This document shows, piece by piece, positions 13,785 to 30,173 of a stretch of 64,000 nucleotides of DNA. A program made the position numbers and the translations under genes. A model generated the notes under the pieces. That model ran no database searches and was not told where the DNA came from. It was given only the letters and a program-made list of their open reading frames with translations. The stretch's first letter is position 1. The number at the start of each line of letters is the position of its first letter. Origin of the DNA: the human T2T-CHM13v2.0 reference genome, Homo sapiens. The stretch lies in the NCBI RefSeq assembly GCF_009914755.1, contig NC_060939.1; one strand, written 5' to 3'.

Positions 13785-16326
13785 GAAGGGAAATTCAGCA
13801 TATTAGGTGACTGAATTAATAGTGCCCCAAGGAGGAAGATAGCGATCCCAACCCACTCTCTGGCTTGCTTCCTGGGGACTGATTGCAAGAAAATGTGGAT
13901 ACTACAGACTTCTGTAGAAATCACTGGGCTACAGTTTTGGATTAAGGTTACTCTACTGTGTCAGTGCGAGCTGTCCTGAGAGAATTAGGGTCTTCCTAAG
14001 TGATGCAGACAGGCGTACTGCAACTCCATGGCAGAGCTGTTAACACCTAGTGTGTCTTTTACAGTTAGAGTTTTAAGATAATTTTACAGGACTTTAATAA
14101 ATTTAAAGCTCCAAAATATTTGAGATTAGAGATTAAAAAAACACTACTGATTTCATTTGGAAAAATACAGCAAGATTTACCTTCCATTGCTCTATTTAAA
14201 CAGGTAGTAACACTTTCATTCTCTTCTCTCTCCCCTTTGGCTATTCTATGTGGTTAAGATGCTCGCCAGCCAGAAATACTCACAGAGAATAAGAATAAAT
14301 ACATCCAGTGTTGTGTTAGGTCCCACACCGTCTATATTTCGCTAGCTAATTTTATGTATTTTGTTTCATGTTTTATTGATATTTTCAGAATCTTTCTTGC
14401 TGAGATTACACAAAATATATAGCTGGTTATTCAGTTTTACGTGTCAAAAGCCTTAAACCTGTTTCCCCATGATTGCCTTTTATTATTTTTAATTCGGAAA
14501 TCTTTGTTTGGCTGTCTGAGAGAGAACTTCAGCCTCCCTTCCTCCCAGACATTTTGAACAGTTCAGGCTGTACTCATTCGTGTCTCTTTGTCTTGGCAGG
14601 TGGAAGCCCCTCTGCTTGGAATAGCAAACAATACTACCAGCTTGCCCTCTGGCAAGCTCCTTTAAGAGTTAGCTGTAATTTCACCCTCTCTCTGGCCTTG
14701 ATTCTGCATGCAGAATGATTGCACTGACTTGAGCTCCTGTGGTCTCTTGCTATACCTCCTATTTGGGCATCTCCCCCATATTGCTTTCCCCCACCATTGG
14801 GGAGGGGAATGGTACCTTGGTTATCTTTGAATTCCCAGGAGGTGGCCCAGTGCCTGGTGCATAGGAGGAGCTGAAGAAACGGAAGACTTCTTAAAGGGAT
14901 ACTCGCCATTCACTTTGAAGCACTTCTTTGTACAACAAATTTATTTTCATCTGATCATTGCACCTCTGCTAGCCAAAACATTTTATCACACCAGTTACTG
15001 CTGCATGGAACTTGAAAGCAATAAAATTATCTTTAAAATCATTGTTTGATTAGGCTTTTTGCACATTGAGGTGAATAAAAAAAATTAGAACTCCTGGAAG
15101 GGTAATTTGTGAGTCTGGCCTTGTGTCAAGATCACCTCATCCCTGTGGATGGAGACTTTGTTCCATAAGTTCCCTATAGATAAGATGTAATGAATAATTC
15201 ATTGGCACCGATTTATGTCTGTAGTGTGCTTTTAAACCCTCCTGGAGCTGGGTTCCTGAGGAGGAAGCATCTGCAGGCTGGACTCGGCTGCCTGGTGGTC
15301 TCCGGAGTGGCCTGGTGCAGAGGGCCAGGGTGGCATCTCAGAAAGTTGGGTGGGTAGGGTGCTTGCACACCTGCTGACCTTGAGTTACAGGGTGGACCTA
15401 GGTCATTTCACAGGCCCTTCCAGCCTTCAGATCTCAAGATACTAGGCAGAGAGAGAGATGGAGATTTGAGGGAGATGTGGTTGGAACAAGCAGAATCACC
15501 ACGTATGGAAGTTGGCTTCTATTTTTTGCATTGTTTTCTTGGTGAGGCCAGTAAGCTTTTGCCTCACTCCTGGGAGGGACAGTAGCAAGGTCTTACAGGT
15601 CTCTCTATCATTGAAGCACCCTCCCCAACCCTGCCGGTTTTGGTTGCTGGTGAAGGCCTTTGACAGTGTCCTGGTAGGGCGACGGTGAGGCCAGCTCCCG
15701 ACCTCTGGACAGAAGAAAGCTTACTTGTCTAGGTTGGTGTCAAGGGGACTCCTGAACTTAATGAACACCTTAGAAATTATCCTTAAAGTCTCCTCTTCCG
15801 AGGAGTGGGGTGGGATATTTCTTGCAGAAAATGTAAACATAATCATTTGAAGCTGGAATGTTAATATTCAAGAGTAGCTTGTAAAAAAGCATCTTGTGAA
15901 ATTCTCATGTGAATGCTGAACCGGCTGGATGTGAACTTAGCTGGACAGCCTGGCCTGTCTTTGCTCTGCTCTTCTCCGTGCGGTTTGCATATGTGCAGGG
16001 CTTCCTTTGAAGCCTTGTCCCCTCAAACAATTCACTGTCTCCCTCTCTCCCACGCATGGAGGCATGTTGGAAAGGGAGCTCCAGGCCTCAGTGTCTCTGC
16101 CTGTGATTGGAATAACACTGCTCTAGCAGGGATGCCAATGAGAATTAGCAATAGATAATGTATCCAAGCTGCCCAGCAAACCTGGCAAATAGAAAGCATC
16201 CAATAAATGGATGCTTTTCTCTTTTTTTCTCCTCCTCATGGTGGGTGGCCCTGGTGGGCTCTCTCTGGGGCCTCCAGTCCTCCTTCCCCACAACACTGGG
16301 GAATTGCTGCCAGTTGAATAGGGCCC

Positions 16327-16696
<370 letters not shown>

Positions 16697-18715
16697 TGAG
16701 TCTCAGGTCAGTTGTTGAAACCACTAAGTAACCACCTTGCTTCTCTGTGCCTGAAGAGAATGGGTTTTTAGGTTAACCAGGCTGACTGGTTCAAGGTCAT
16801 GTCCCTATCTGTGGAAGGGGAGTGGGAGTGGAAGGTGAGTGGTGACAGAGTATGGAACCCTGTTTCTGATATCTAGATTATTTGAGGGCCTCCAGTGGTC
16901 TCTGCTCCATGGAAAGCATATGAAAGAATATGATTTTTTTTTTTTACTCGAGCTTGTTGTCTAGTTGGGAAAACTCAACTACTGGTGGAGAGTAACAGAT
17001 GCTATGAGTTTAGTGCTAAGTTATGGGATGCTGACCGGAGAGAAGTATGTGGGCTGCAGGCAGTGGGGTCACGGAACTGCAGAATGGCTTGAGAAGCTTT
17101 AAGGAGGATGTCTGACTTTAGTGTGCCCTAAATATTTGACTCTCAAGATCCAAGGAGGCAGCTCCCCAGGAGAGGAAGGGACCATGTGTGGTGTGGGTGG
17201 CAGTGTGCACTGATGGAGTGGAGAGGGTGTCAGAATCCGGTGTTTGTGTGGTGGGAAGGAATTGACTGCTGGCTAGAGAATGAGGAGTGCTGAAACCTTT
17301 GCACCATTGCAGTGGACCCGCTGAGAAGGGTGTTCTGGGGAGGCTGCTCTGGTCTCTCGATGGAGTCAGGATTGGGGGACAGATAGACACCCCGGTGTGA
17401 GCCAGTGATGGTATAGATGAGGGAGGCAGTGAGGACAGGCTCAGGGAGGGAAGTCTTGTCTCTAGACCTGAGACCAGGAAGCAGGAATGGACTGGACAGG
17501 TTGGCCCAGCTGAGGGAGGTGACTGGTGAGATGGGTCCTCGGTGTGAGGGGCTGGGTTGCCAGAGGAGCTGTGGGCTGGGGTGGTTTGTCGAGAGAGCAG
17601 TCCCAGTTGATGGAGAGGCAGGACCCGCAAAACAGGTTGGCTGCAGGACTGGGGGCGGTAGCACAGGGCAGCTCCCGAGGAGACACCTGGCACTTTTAAG
17701 GCATGGAATGGAGAGAGCTAGGGGAGAGCACACCTGCAGTGAGGCAATTCACATAGCAAAGTTCTCCGGAAACTGCAGTGTTCAACTTTTTTAAAGAATA
17801 GCTGGATGTTAGAAAAGTGGAGGAACTGTCACCTTTATTAGGGGCATCATGGATACCTGGTAGCATCAAGGGCTAGGGTTAAAACCCGTGGAGTAATACG
17901 CCCTCCTATTGTGTTCCTCTCCTCTAAAAATGAAGGTGAAACTGTTTCAGGTGAGCGCTGTTGTTGTTCATTTGCTGGGGCACTGCTTTCTGATTTTTAG
18001 AGGAGTCCAGGCTGGAGACTGACCCCTGCCTTTTTCTGAGTTGGGCCGGCTGGGCCCGAGGCTGGTTCTGGGCTGGGCCAGGCTGATGCAGTGGCCTTGG
18101 GCTTCCCGAGGCTGGGAGAGGGCGGTGGCCCCCGCTACCCTGAAGAGCTGGCCAACGCGGCAGGGCTCTTTCCAGTCCTTACCATGCAAGTGAAGAGGAA
18201 CAGTTTGTTTAAAGAGGGGTGCCAGCTTCACATCCAGGCCTGGACTTTGCTACTGGTGCTTTTGAACTTGTGTTGATTTATGTTTGTAAATTGACTGGAC
18301 ACATTGTGGTTCTTGATGAGAAGCAATTGCCCATCCTTAGCCCACGATTAGTGCCACTCTCTGGGTGCTGCCTGTTCTGCCACTGTAACTGTTTTCACTT
18401 GACAAATAACATTAAAAAACACAGTTCTGCAAGAGACTTCCTGGGAGGGTGGTATCATTTGGCCTGTGGGCTTTTGTAATACTTTCCTGCTATTAGGAGA
18501 GTGAATTCTGAATTTTCAATCACGTTCACCTGTTGGAGCAAGTAGAGTTTCAGACGGTCTCCGCTTTTCTCGACTAGAAAGCAGGCCTTCTCCCTTTTCC
18601 CCCCAGTCTTGTTTCATGACACCATTCCCCTCTGAGATGAGGGTTGGAGAATTAGAAGTCTACTGATGCATTGTACCGGGGCACGTTATTTACCCTCTCT
18701 GCTCTCCTTTCCTCA

Positions 18716-19082
<367 letters not shown>

Positions 19083-19321
19083 GTGTCACCCATCTTGGAG
19101 GATCGTTACCAATACTTCATGAGTGAATACATACACATTTCTTAGAACCTAGGGTTTATAAACACTAGGAGTTAGCTGATACTGTTGTTGCTAAGGATAG
19201 AGGAAATACGCATTAGAAGTTATTTACTTCCTTTAAAAAAAAAAATACCCTTTGGGTGTGTATTGATTCTGATGTTTTGCTCCTAGCTACATTTGCCGTT
19301 TTTTTTTGACTGCAGAATTAG

Positions 19322-19624
<303 letters not shown>

Positions 19625-20477
19625 AGGAACCCAGCTTCATTTCTTGTAAAGAGAGTTTGACAAGCGCTCCACTGGGGATAGCAGCACAGCTTCCTCCTTT
19701 TCTGTCCCTGTCTCCCTCCTGACTCTGCATCTGCCTCCGTTTGAAGCATCCTCCTCCAGTAAGTGGGTCATTTGGATTCCAAGGCCCTTTTGAGGCCATG
19801 GTGATGGATCATTTGCGTTATCAATGTGAACTGTGGATGTCCCTTCGCCCTTCAGTCTCTTCCTTCTTCAAGGAGGGGGAGGTAATTGGGGGTCATGTGG
19901 CCTGGGGAAGAGCCTGGTCACGAGCATGAGGGATGTGAGTGGGACTATGTTTCCAGCCAAAATTTAGGGCACAGGATCTGAAAAACACTTAGATTAAGTA
20001 TCTGCAACACAAATTAGGGTATTTTAAATTGAATGTGGAGAACCCTGAGAACCTGTGCCCTTTGTGCGTGGATGGCTGCTTGCAAGGATGAGCATCCCCA
20101 GCTGGAGCGGCCCATGGCTGCCAGAACAGGAGAAGGCTTCAGTCAGGTGGGAAGCCAGCTGCAGTGTGTTGCCTGATGCAGGATGGTGCGAGAAGGAGCT
20201 GCTCTCTTGCTCTGCTCCCTGGATCGCACAAGGTCTTCCTGAGACCAGAATTCAAGGTTAGTCCTGTTTAGGCAACTTGGTAGATGGACTTGAATGGTCT
20301 TGCTAAGCGAATATTGCCTATGGTGGTATTTGCAAGGAAAACAAAAGTGTTTTGAGCCCAGACTAACCAATTTAACAATGCTAGTAGGTAAGGATACTAC
20401 TGTTTGCTTTCTGTGATGAGAGGTCTCTTAGGAGGAGGGGTTAATTCTTTTGATTTAAAACTTACTACTTGAGGCAA

Positions 20478-21302
20478 ATAGGCACATGAAAAGATGTTGA
20501 AAGTCACTAGTCATTGGTGAAATGTAAGTCAGACCCACAATTGGTACTTCATACTCATTAGTATGGCTATTACCAAAAACACCAGATGATAGCAAGCATA
20601 GGCCAGGATGTGGAGATGTTGGAACCCTTGTGCCTTACTGGTGAGACTGTTAAAATGGCACAGCCTTTTTTTTTTTTAACAGGAAGATGATATGGTGCTT
20701 CCTCAATAAATTCATCATAGAATTGCCATATGATCCAGCAATTCCACTTTGGGGTATATGCCCAAAAAGAAGTGAAAGCAGGGGCTCGAACAGATATTTG
20801 TACACCCATGTTCATGGCAGCAAATAATTCAAAATAGCCAAAAAGTGAAAGCAACTCAAGGGTCCATCCATAGACGGGTGGATAAACAAAATGTGGTCTA
20901 TCCATACAATGGAATATCATTGAGCCTTAAAAAGGAAGGAAATTCTATGATGTGCTACAATGTCTGTGAACCTTGAAGACACTCTGCGAAGTGAAAGAAG
21001 CCAGTCATGAAAGGACAAACAGTGCATAATTGTTACCCTTACGTGAGCTATGTAGAGTAGTCACATTCATAGAGACGGAAAGTAGAATGGTGAGGGGCGG
21101 TGAATAGAGGCTGGGGGGAGGGAGCAATGAGGAATTGGTGTTTAATGGGTACAGAGTTTCAGTTTGGGAACATGTAAAAGTTCTAGAGGTGGATGGTTAC
21201 GGTGGTTGAGCAACATTGTGAATCAGTGTCAGTGAACTATACACTTAACAAGGGTTAAAATGTTAAATTCTTTGTTGTGTATATTTTACCACAATTTTAA
21301 AA
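20478..21302 (+). mobile_element. L1M (L1MB-like) 3' fragment
   Basis: ORF2-end/3'UTR motifs (CATATGATCCAGCAATTCCAC, GGATAAACAAAATGTGG, GTATATTTTACCACAAT). Confidence 0.88.
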
Positions 21303-22336
21303 AGCTTATTTCTCAATTGTTTATGCGAGTATATGTGTGGAATAGTTGGGGAGACAAATTCAAGGAGACCAGTCCTTGTCCATGGCGGTCCTAGGTACCA
21401 CGGGATCACTGCGGGGGAACTGTGAGGTCAGGAGAGGCCTTGAAAAAAAACGCAGGTTTGAGCTGAGTCAGATGGAATGGGTCTGTTTTCTATATCAAGA
21501 GACAGTATTGCAGATAATTTTTTTCTTTCAAGGAAAGCAAGTCAGGAGTCAAACTCTCATGCCACTGTAGTCACAAATGAAATTTATTGCTAATCAGCCA
21601 TGTGACGTGTAATTGCTTTTTCATTTTCTTATTTTTCCAGAAGAGAGATTTGTTTAGATGTTTGATTCCCTCACTGATTATGATTATACTGGAAGTTTTT
21701 CATTTGTTTTGACAGCTCAATTTTTTTTTTATTGTAAATGGACTCCCTCATTACAGAGGGGGGAGCCCTTGAAAGAAAGGGATTGACCTCTGCAGGCAAG
21801 AATCTGAGCATCCTAAAAGTAGAAAAGGGCTAGAGGCTTCGCCTTACAGGCCAGGAAGCTTGGAGGGACGCGCTGCTAGAGACCATGGCACGCATGCTGT
21901 GTGTCGAAGGCCAGGTCCGCCTGTCTGCCTCTCCAGCAGATACTCTCTGGGGCTATTTTTTTCTGCTTGGTTGTCATCCTTTGGTTTAACCAGGCGCCAG
22001 GGCTCAGGCCTGGACCTGCTGGATTCCAAAGAAGACTTCGAGGTGGCCGAGCTTGTCTGGCTTCCAGAGGAGCTTTCTCTGTCCCGCCCGGGGGAGTGGC
22101 TCACCTTGGTCTGAGACCAATGGGAGGAAGCCTGCTGCGGGCAACTGGTCTGTGCCTGGAAGTTGGACTTGCATTTTCTCTGGACCTCCAAAGCAAACCC
22201 GAATGACCACTCTCATCCTCCCCTTTTGCTTGTTTGTGTATGTGCTTGTTTTGCCTGGTCGTCAGGCAGGAGGTGGTGTCAGATGATGAGAGGTGTTGCT
22301 CGTCCCTGGGTTGGTTCTCTTACGGGGCTGTATGGA

Positions 22337-22709
22337 TGTCTTAGCTCAGACTGCTGTGACAGGTTACTATAGACTGAGGGCTAAAACCACAGACTTATGT
22401 TTCTCACAGTTCTGGAGGCTGGAAGTCTGAGATCAAGGTGCCGACCAAATTTGGTTTCTGTTAAGGGTCCATTTCTTGGCTTGCAGATGACAAATGTCAT
22501 GTGTCCTCACAGGGTGGAGAGAGCAAGGGGCTCTGGTCTCTTCCTCTTTATGTAAGGGCATTGTTGCCATTATGGGGGCTCTACCCTCAGGACCTCATCT
22601 AAACCTGATTACCTCCCTAAGGCCCCACCTTCAGATACCACTGAAGGTATCTGGGGGTTGGGGCTTCAGTATATGAATTGGAGGGGACACAGTCATGCAG
22701 TTCAGAACA
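22337..22709 (-). mobile_element. MaLR solo LTR (MLT1-like)
   Basis: TG...CA termini; TTCTCACAGTTCTGGAGGCTGGAAGTCTGAGATCAAGG motif. Confidence 0.85.
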
Positions 22710-25700
22710 GTGGAGCAGTGTGCCATAGTGAAGGGATCTCCAGACCAGGATTCTCTATGGAAGTTCTTGGCCAGGTCTGAGAGTTGGTTACAGATCATTA
22801 AAATTTACATGGAATCCAGTACTTGAAAGTACATGTCTTCAGGATGGCGCTGAGCACATTCGCCTCTGTAACCAAATGCCTGAAATGTGTAGTGCACCTT
22901 CTGAGCACCCCAGTGCTTTCCTTAAAGTGAATGCAGTTTGAGAGGAACTCAATTATTGAGAAATTTTATATGACCCCATTTCTCTCATTTTAGGACAGAT
23001 AAGTTGCTTATTTTAAACTCTGCAGGAGCTACATAGAGGAAGTTATACTCCAGGAGAGCTTAAATTTCACTCTCTGAAAACTCTGTTCCATGTAAGTACA
23101 TTCCTCCTCTCTCCCCTCCTCAGTGAGCACGTACCCATCAGATGTGTGGAATTCTATTAAAAGCAGCTCCTCGTGACCCTCCAGGGTCTGTTTTGTAAAG
23201 CTGACACCAGCATCAGTGAGTTGGAAGTGGCTGCCACAGAAGACAGACTTACTGCTGCAGCCCGCTTCAGAGCCCTCAGTAGTACTTTTTCCTCTCCCAG
23301 CAAATCCAGGAGGCTGGGAAGGTGATTGTTAATTGTTTATGAGCATTAACTGTTTACCAGTCATACTTACTATTTTAAATCTGACCCTGCCATTATGTTG
23401 TTTTGTTTCTGTTCACAGCTGAGCTTTAAGCTGGGTAGAATTTCGTGATGAGTCACTCCTATGACTGTAAAATCAGTATCGATCAAGCCTTCCTGTTCAT
23501 CCTGTGAGCAGTTTAGAGACAGATGAGACAGGCTTATGGTTTCCACTGGCTCGGCTCCGTGCGTGTGCGGATTGGGCTTCCTGAGAGCCTGGTTAGCCCC
23601 TTTTATCTGCTCTCTGAAACCTGCGCAAGGGTGTTTAGCATGCACCTTGAAACCTCTGCTGCCTGAAGACAGTGTGCTTAAATGAAGGGTATACAAACCC
23701 ATGTGAGGTTTTCTCTTCCCTTTTCCATGAACTCCACCCCAATTACCTGTTTGAATTTTGCATGCCAGTTATTTTCAGGGAACTAGTGACCCTTTTCTTG
23801 CCACCCTGGGCTTTGAATTGAAGGCCAGTGTGCCACCTTTTCTTTGGCTTTGTTAGAACGTTGCCCTCAGGGTCATATGTGCTGGCTGCTATGAATTCTT
23901 ACTGCTTGATGGACAGAGAAAGGTGAGGGTTAGATATCTGGACAGGGCATGACAGGGCGGGTCATCGAGTAGGAACATTGGGACCTTTTGCTTCCAGGCT
24001 TGAGCAGTGGGTGAGAAACACTGTCTTCCCATTAGGGCAGTGGGTGAAACACTGACTTCCCTCCATCCTCTGGGCAGCCTTGTCAGGTGGGTGTGGAAGC
24101 TGAGGTGTGTCTGCCCCAGGCTGTGCAGTCAGCCCCGTGTTCTAGCTTCCCGTGCCGAACCTGGCCCTGGAGGCTGTCTGCCTGGCAAGGGGGCTGCACA
24201 AAGCTCGGAGGGGCATTTCTGGTGCTTGGTAGATGGTAGGCCTGCCCCCAGTGCACTGATAAGAGCATGGGCTGAGAGTGCCACTTGGATTCGGCTACAG
24301 TGGGCGGCAGAGTGGGGGTGACTGGTGTTGCTTTTACTCTAGAGCAGAGGAGGCAGATGAGGTAGATCGGGGCCCCAGGGATGCTGAGCTGAGCTGGGTA
24401 GAGAGAATTTGGTTTTGTAGGATTTGGAGACAGAGACAAATTTGGAGTGTTTGGATGTTCGGGGACCTGCAGGAGGTATGTGAGGTGTGTAAAATGCAGC
24501 CCCTGTTTTAAAAAGAGCTTACATTGTCTCTTGAGAAGATAAGGTGTGCCCAGCTGTGGAATGGAACCAGATGCTTTTATGAGTGAGGATGGAGTGAGCA
24601 CACTGGGAAAGAGCCCTGGAATTGGAGGAAGAGATCATTTTGCCCAGAGGGATCTTGGAGGTCTCCTGGAGGAGGGTACTTAGATGATCAGAAGGATTAT
24701 ACTAGACTTGATGGGGTGGTCTTGGCATCAGAACTTTAAAAATGTATTTTGGGGCTGGAAGCAAGGCTGGAGAGGAAGGTTTGTTTAAGTTGTAGTGGGG
24801 GATGAGGCTGGGGGCAAATCAGGGATGGTTTTCCAGGTCTGTAAAGGCTGGGGTAAGAGGAATGGTTGGTTCTTAAGAGCAAAAAAAATCCCTTACATAT
24901 TGGTTCTCTTATTTGTGCTAAGTTAAATACATGGGAGGCTACTGGTGTTTATGAAATAACCCTGAGCCTTTTTGGGGAGGTAGTAGTGGATGTCTGATGG
25001 AAGAGATAGAAGACTGGTCCCAGGGGTTCTTAGTGGCACCTTCCTCTCAGGTCATCACTGTGCTTTTGCACATTGCAGTTATATTTGACTACATTTGATT
25101 ATGGCAGATTTACTTAGAAGGGCACTGGAAAAAAGCCTCCCAAATTACAACTGACACAGGAAATGACTTTATTTTCTTCTATTTTTTTTCTTTGCTTTTC
25201 TCCCCCAATCAACATACATTTTTAAACCTGTCATCTCACATGACCTGCCGGTAGAATTGATATGTTTAATTTCTGTAGAAAATAACTGGAAATATTTCAC
25301 AAGCTCCAGTAGCTTCCTGTTGTAGGGACCCTTAGGACTTTGGAATGAGAAGTTTTCTATTGAGTTGTCATATTTGGAAGGATAAAGGTGCCCTCTTTTC
25401 CCTCGATCCACATAGTAGACTCCTGTGTGCGGGCATTTGTTTGGTGTCTCACGTTGATGCAAATGCAGCCATTGCAGAGTGAGCCCCGCTCTGTTACTGG
25501 ATCTCCATTTGCTCAAAAGAGAGCAGTGTCCCCCTCCAAATCTGCATGTCTGAAAGCATTCATGCAGGTTCATTGCATGGGTCTTTGCATTTTACTTAGA
25601 CTTAGCAAAAATCAGGTATAGTCTTTCCTGAAAACAAAAGTGACCATTGTTTTTAATCAACTGCAGGGTGTTTGGAGTTGTGAAATATTTAGGGTCCCGA

Positions 25701-26659
25701 GTCCATTCCAGATTCAACATTGGGAAAGAATGAGAAAGCTGAAGCCTGGGGCAGGCTCTGTCTGCAGAAACCATGGGCTATCACCCCCTCTCCTTAGCAG
25801 CATTGTAAACAAACGTCATTTGTAAGGAGCATGTCCCAACTGAGCTTGTAATTATAGGGGCAAGATTTGTGTGGTGGTAGGGGCATGGAGCTGGAGACTG
25901 GGGGCTTCCTTATTGGTTCATTTATCCTGGCCCTTCTCTTTTCTCTCAAGTCTCAGCTCTTTTAAGATTCAGAAAATAATGCAAAATGCCTAAGATTTCT
26001 GAAATTCCTGGCTTCAGAGACTTGACTACATAAAAGAGCCAGGATTTTCAGGCTGGCCATTTCAGGATCAGCCATTTCCCACTTCCTGATTCATAGCTTC
26101 CAGGATTTGTAATGCCTGTAGACTTTTTTCTCTCTTGCTTAAAAGTGGCCATTGAAAGAAAAAATAAATAGCAAAATCCCCATCCCAGAAGTTCTACTTC
26201 CTGTTGTTGTACTATTGAGCTCTGAAAAACAGCTTTGTAAGTTTAGGCTCTTGTTTGGACTATTTCAGTGGAATTCTTGAGATCTTTTTGTTTGGACAGG
26301 CAAGTATGAAGGCGATAAGTCGAAAGAACTACAGCTTACTCAGCACAGAAATGCAGAGGCTCAAATTTAAGTTCTTCCTTAGCTTTATGGTGTGTATATT
26401 AATATAATCCAAGCAATAGTGAGTTGCTTAGCCAGGGTGCACAGACATTTTCCACAATGCCAGTTGTTTCCCTCATAATGTTTAATGTTTATTTTTAAAG
26501 GACATATTTGGGCACACGTTTCATTTTTGCCTGTAAAAGAATTGGGAATATTTATGATTCTTGCAACAAAGGAGAAGGATCCAAAGTAACCAAGAAAATG
26601 ATGGACTGGCAGCCTTCACATTTTCCCACAACTCTTTTCATGAAATAAAATGTAGATAA

Positions 26660-26972
<313 letters not shown>

Positions 26973-27343
26973 TTAGCAAAAGTGCCTACAGTTCAAATGC
27001 TTCCATGCTAAACGTTGTATTTCTTCCGGTCTCATTTGTGATGAGAGTCATAAGATTTTGAGAAATACAAAAACCTTTCCAGCTTTATAGGATGATAATG
27101 GCTTGGCCACTCAAGTAGTTCTGATTGGGTTAACTAATTTTGGTCCAGTAATCATTTCATTTGGGGTGAATGGATTTTTCCCCCCTAAATACGGGTACCT
27201 GGAAAGTTGAAGCAGTGAATCTGGTGAAACTTAATCAGTGATTTCGTAAGGGTTAACAAATGTTTCTGGGTGGGATTCCTAATGTCCAGCTTCCTCTGTG
27301 TAGCTCAGTAAGTCTTCTTTGGAGACACTAGCCTGCATTGTAA

Positions 27344-27532
<189 letters not shown>

Positions 27533-29352
27533 TAGCATTCTTGGGGATTATTGTAGGGTCCTTTTGGACCACACATGGTTTTATACTCTGTAGCTGATTG
27601 ATGTACTGGCATGTCAGTGACATTGTGTGTATCATTACACTATTTGGTTAATTGATGTACTGGTGGAATAGCCATCTTCTGGAGGCTCTTGTTTGCATAC
27701 TTCTCTTAGTGGCGGACTAGCGGTTGTACAGTAAATAGATGATCATTCTCGCTCTGTTTTACCTTTCCTCAGCTGCTCTTCTAGTAGGAAAATAACAGCC
27801 CTCTTAGCTGTAGTCTTCTGGAGGCTCTCTCAATAATAGAAGTGGAAAGAAAAGACTCAAATCCCTGGGCAGTGACTTTTTAGTTGTTTCATTTGCTTTT
27901 AAAGCAGAAACACCTTTAACTCTTAGTAGCCTTACAGATCATTTTTGAAAACACCTGTGCTTGCCTTGAATGGGGCGGTGACCACTGGATCCCCCCATGC
28001 TGGGTACATGTTTTGCAGTCACAGACACTGCTGGCCTCACCTTTGGTGGTGAAGGAATGTTTCCAATTTCTGCTGATGGTGTAGTGCTCTTGGGAGCTGG
28101 GTGCTCTGAATGAGCAGATGGGCATCTGCTTTTTTAAGCCTGCTGTTCATTCTGCAAAATAGTTATTGTGCAAATACCTGATAAGCACCAGGTCTGTGCC
28201 AGGCGCTGTATTTTGTATTTTGCATGTCTGAGGCCAGCATCTTTTTCCCTGTTCCTTTTTCTCCTCATCCAGTGAACTTTCCACTGTGGTTGTAGTTTGT
28301 CTGAAAAAGATTTGGAAAAAATGTACAGCCATGTTTCTCTTGTCTAGAGAAGCTGTCTTAAGGACTTCGACAAGTTTCATTGGCAGAGTGAATGAGTGGT
28401 GGCCTCTGAATAGTTGAAATGTTAATGCTATCTATAGGTTCTAGAGAATCTGTGTCTTTAAAAGTCATAGCGATAAAGTCTCAGCTTTTTGAGAGAGTGG
28501 GTTTCAGACATATTTTAAAATACTACTATACAGGAAATCTGATTGTTGCATTGAAACAGGATTTGTTATCACATCACGGTTAGACATACCCAAAAGGCAA
28601 AAACTACAGTGGTCATGATTGCTTTACATAAGATTTTGGAGGAGAAACTGTTAGCTCCATGAAAGCAGGAACTGTGTTCACTCTTGAATGCCTGCTACCT
28701 GCACATGGTGAATGTTCTATAAATGTATATTAAAGAAATGGAGGTCCTTAGAGTTCCAAGATCACCGTCAATATCATCACCCTAGGCTTCCTCGTCCTTC
28801 CAGTTACTTCTTTTCCAGAAGAGTCCATTGCCTCCTTTATATGAGGTCTACAGAGCGCGTTCAGAGGGCTCTTATCATTGATTCAGCAATCACGTGTACA
28901 CATAGCACTAGAATGACTTCACATATTTGACCTGTTTAAAAATAACGTGCAGCTATGACGAACAGCGAACCTTTGATTAGGGACACATTTGCCTGCCGCC
29001 AGACACTACAAGTATTATGTGTATTGCTTTTTTCAAATTATAATAGTAATAGATGATTATGAGAAGAAAATTAGAAAATAAGTTTTCTGTCTCTCTATAA
29101 AAGGAAAATAAAAATTATCCTTAATCTCAAGGTAACCATTGTTAATATTTTGTTGTGTTTTCCTGAGATTTTCCCCCTAGACTTATATGTGTATCTATAT
29201 ATTTAAAAAAATGAAATTAGTAGTATACTATGTACACACATATTGTGAATTTCTGCCCATAACATTATATCTTTATCACCTGGAATGAGGTCTTTAATGA
29301 AATTATTAAAATTAAAATTATTCTATAAATGCTAAATTTAGGTATTTTACAA

Positions 29353-29669
<317 letters not shown>

Positions 29670-30173
29670 TAATTTTGATCATTAAAAAATGATGTGATAA
29701 AATTATTGTGTATTGTTGTTGATACACTACTCTGATTAATTCTTTGGGCTAGATTCCTAAAAGTGGAAAGTAAGGAATAAGAATTGTGTAAGTGTGCATG
29801 ATCCTAGATAAATATTGCCAAAATATTTTGCAGAAAATTCTTAGTTTCAGCTTCCAGAAGCAGTGTCTGTCATCCATACTCCACCAGAATTGAACACTAA
29901 ATTGAGCTTTGCAATTTTAGCATTTAAAAAGTTGTATCATTTAATATAGAATAGCAGTCTCTTCATTATGATCTTCCCTTGCCTAGTAAGTTTATACTCA
30001 AGTCAAAATCGGTTAATCATGCATATTGATTCCTTGTTTATCTTTTTCTTTTAATTCTTTAATACTTCTAGAATGTATTTGTAGTTAAGTGAAGTAAGAT
30101 ACCTCCTCCTGTTGACGATTTAGTTTCCCCACATTGTGCTGTTTTTTTTCTTCACTGGATTATGTAACAATAT

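Noticed and set aside
17118-17794. Cluster of 125-191-aa ORFs
   Set aside because: Purine-rich, probably degenerate L2-like sequence; Ser/Pro-biased with no domain or splice support.
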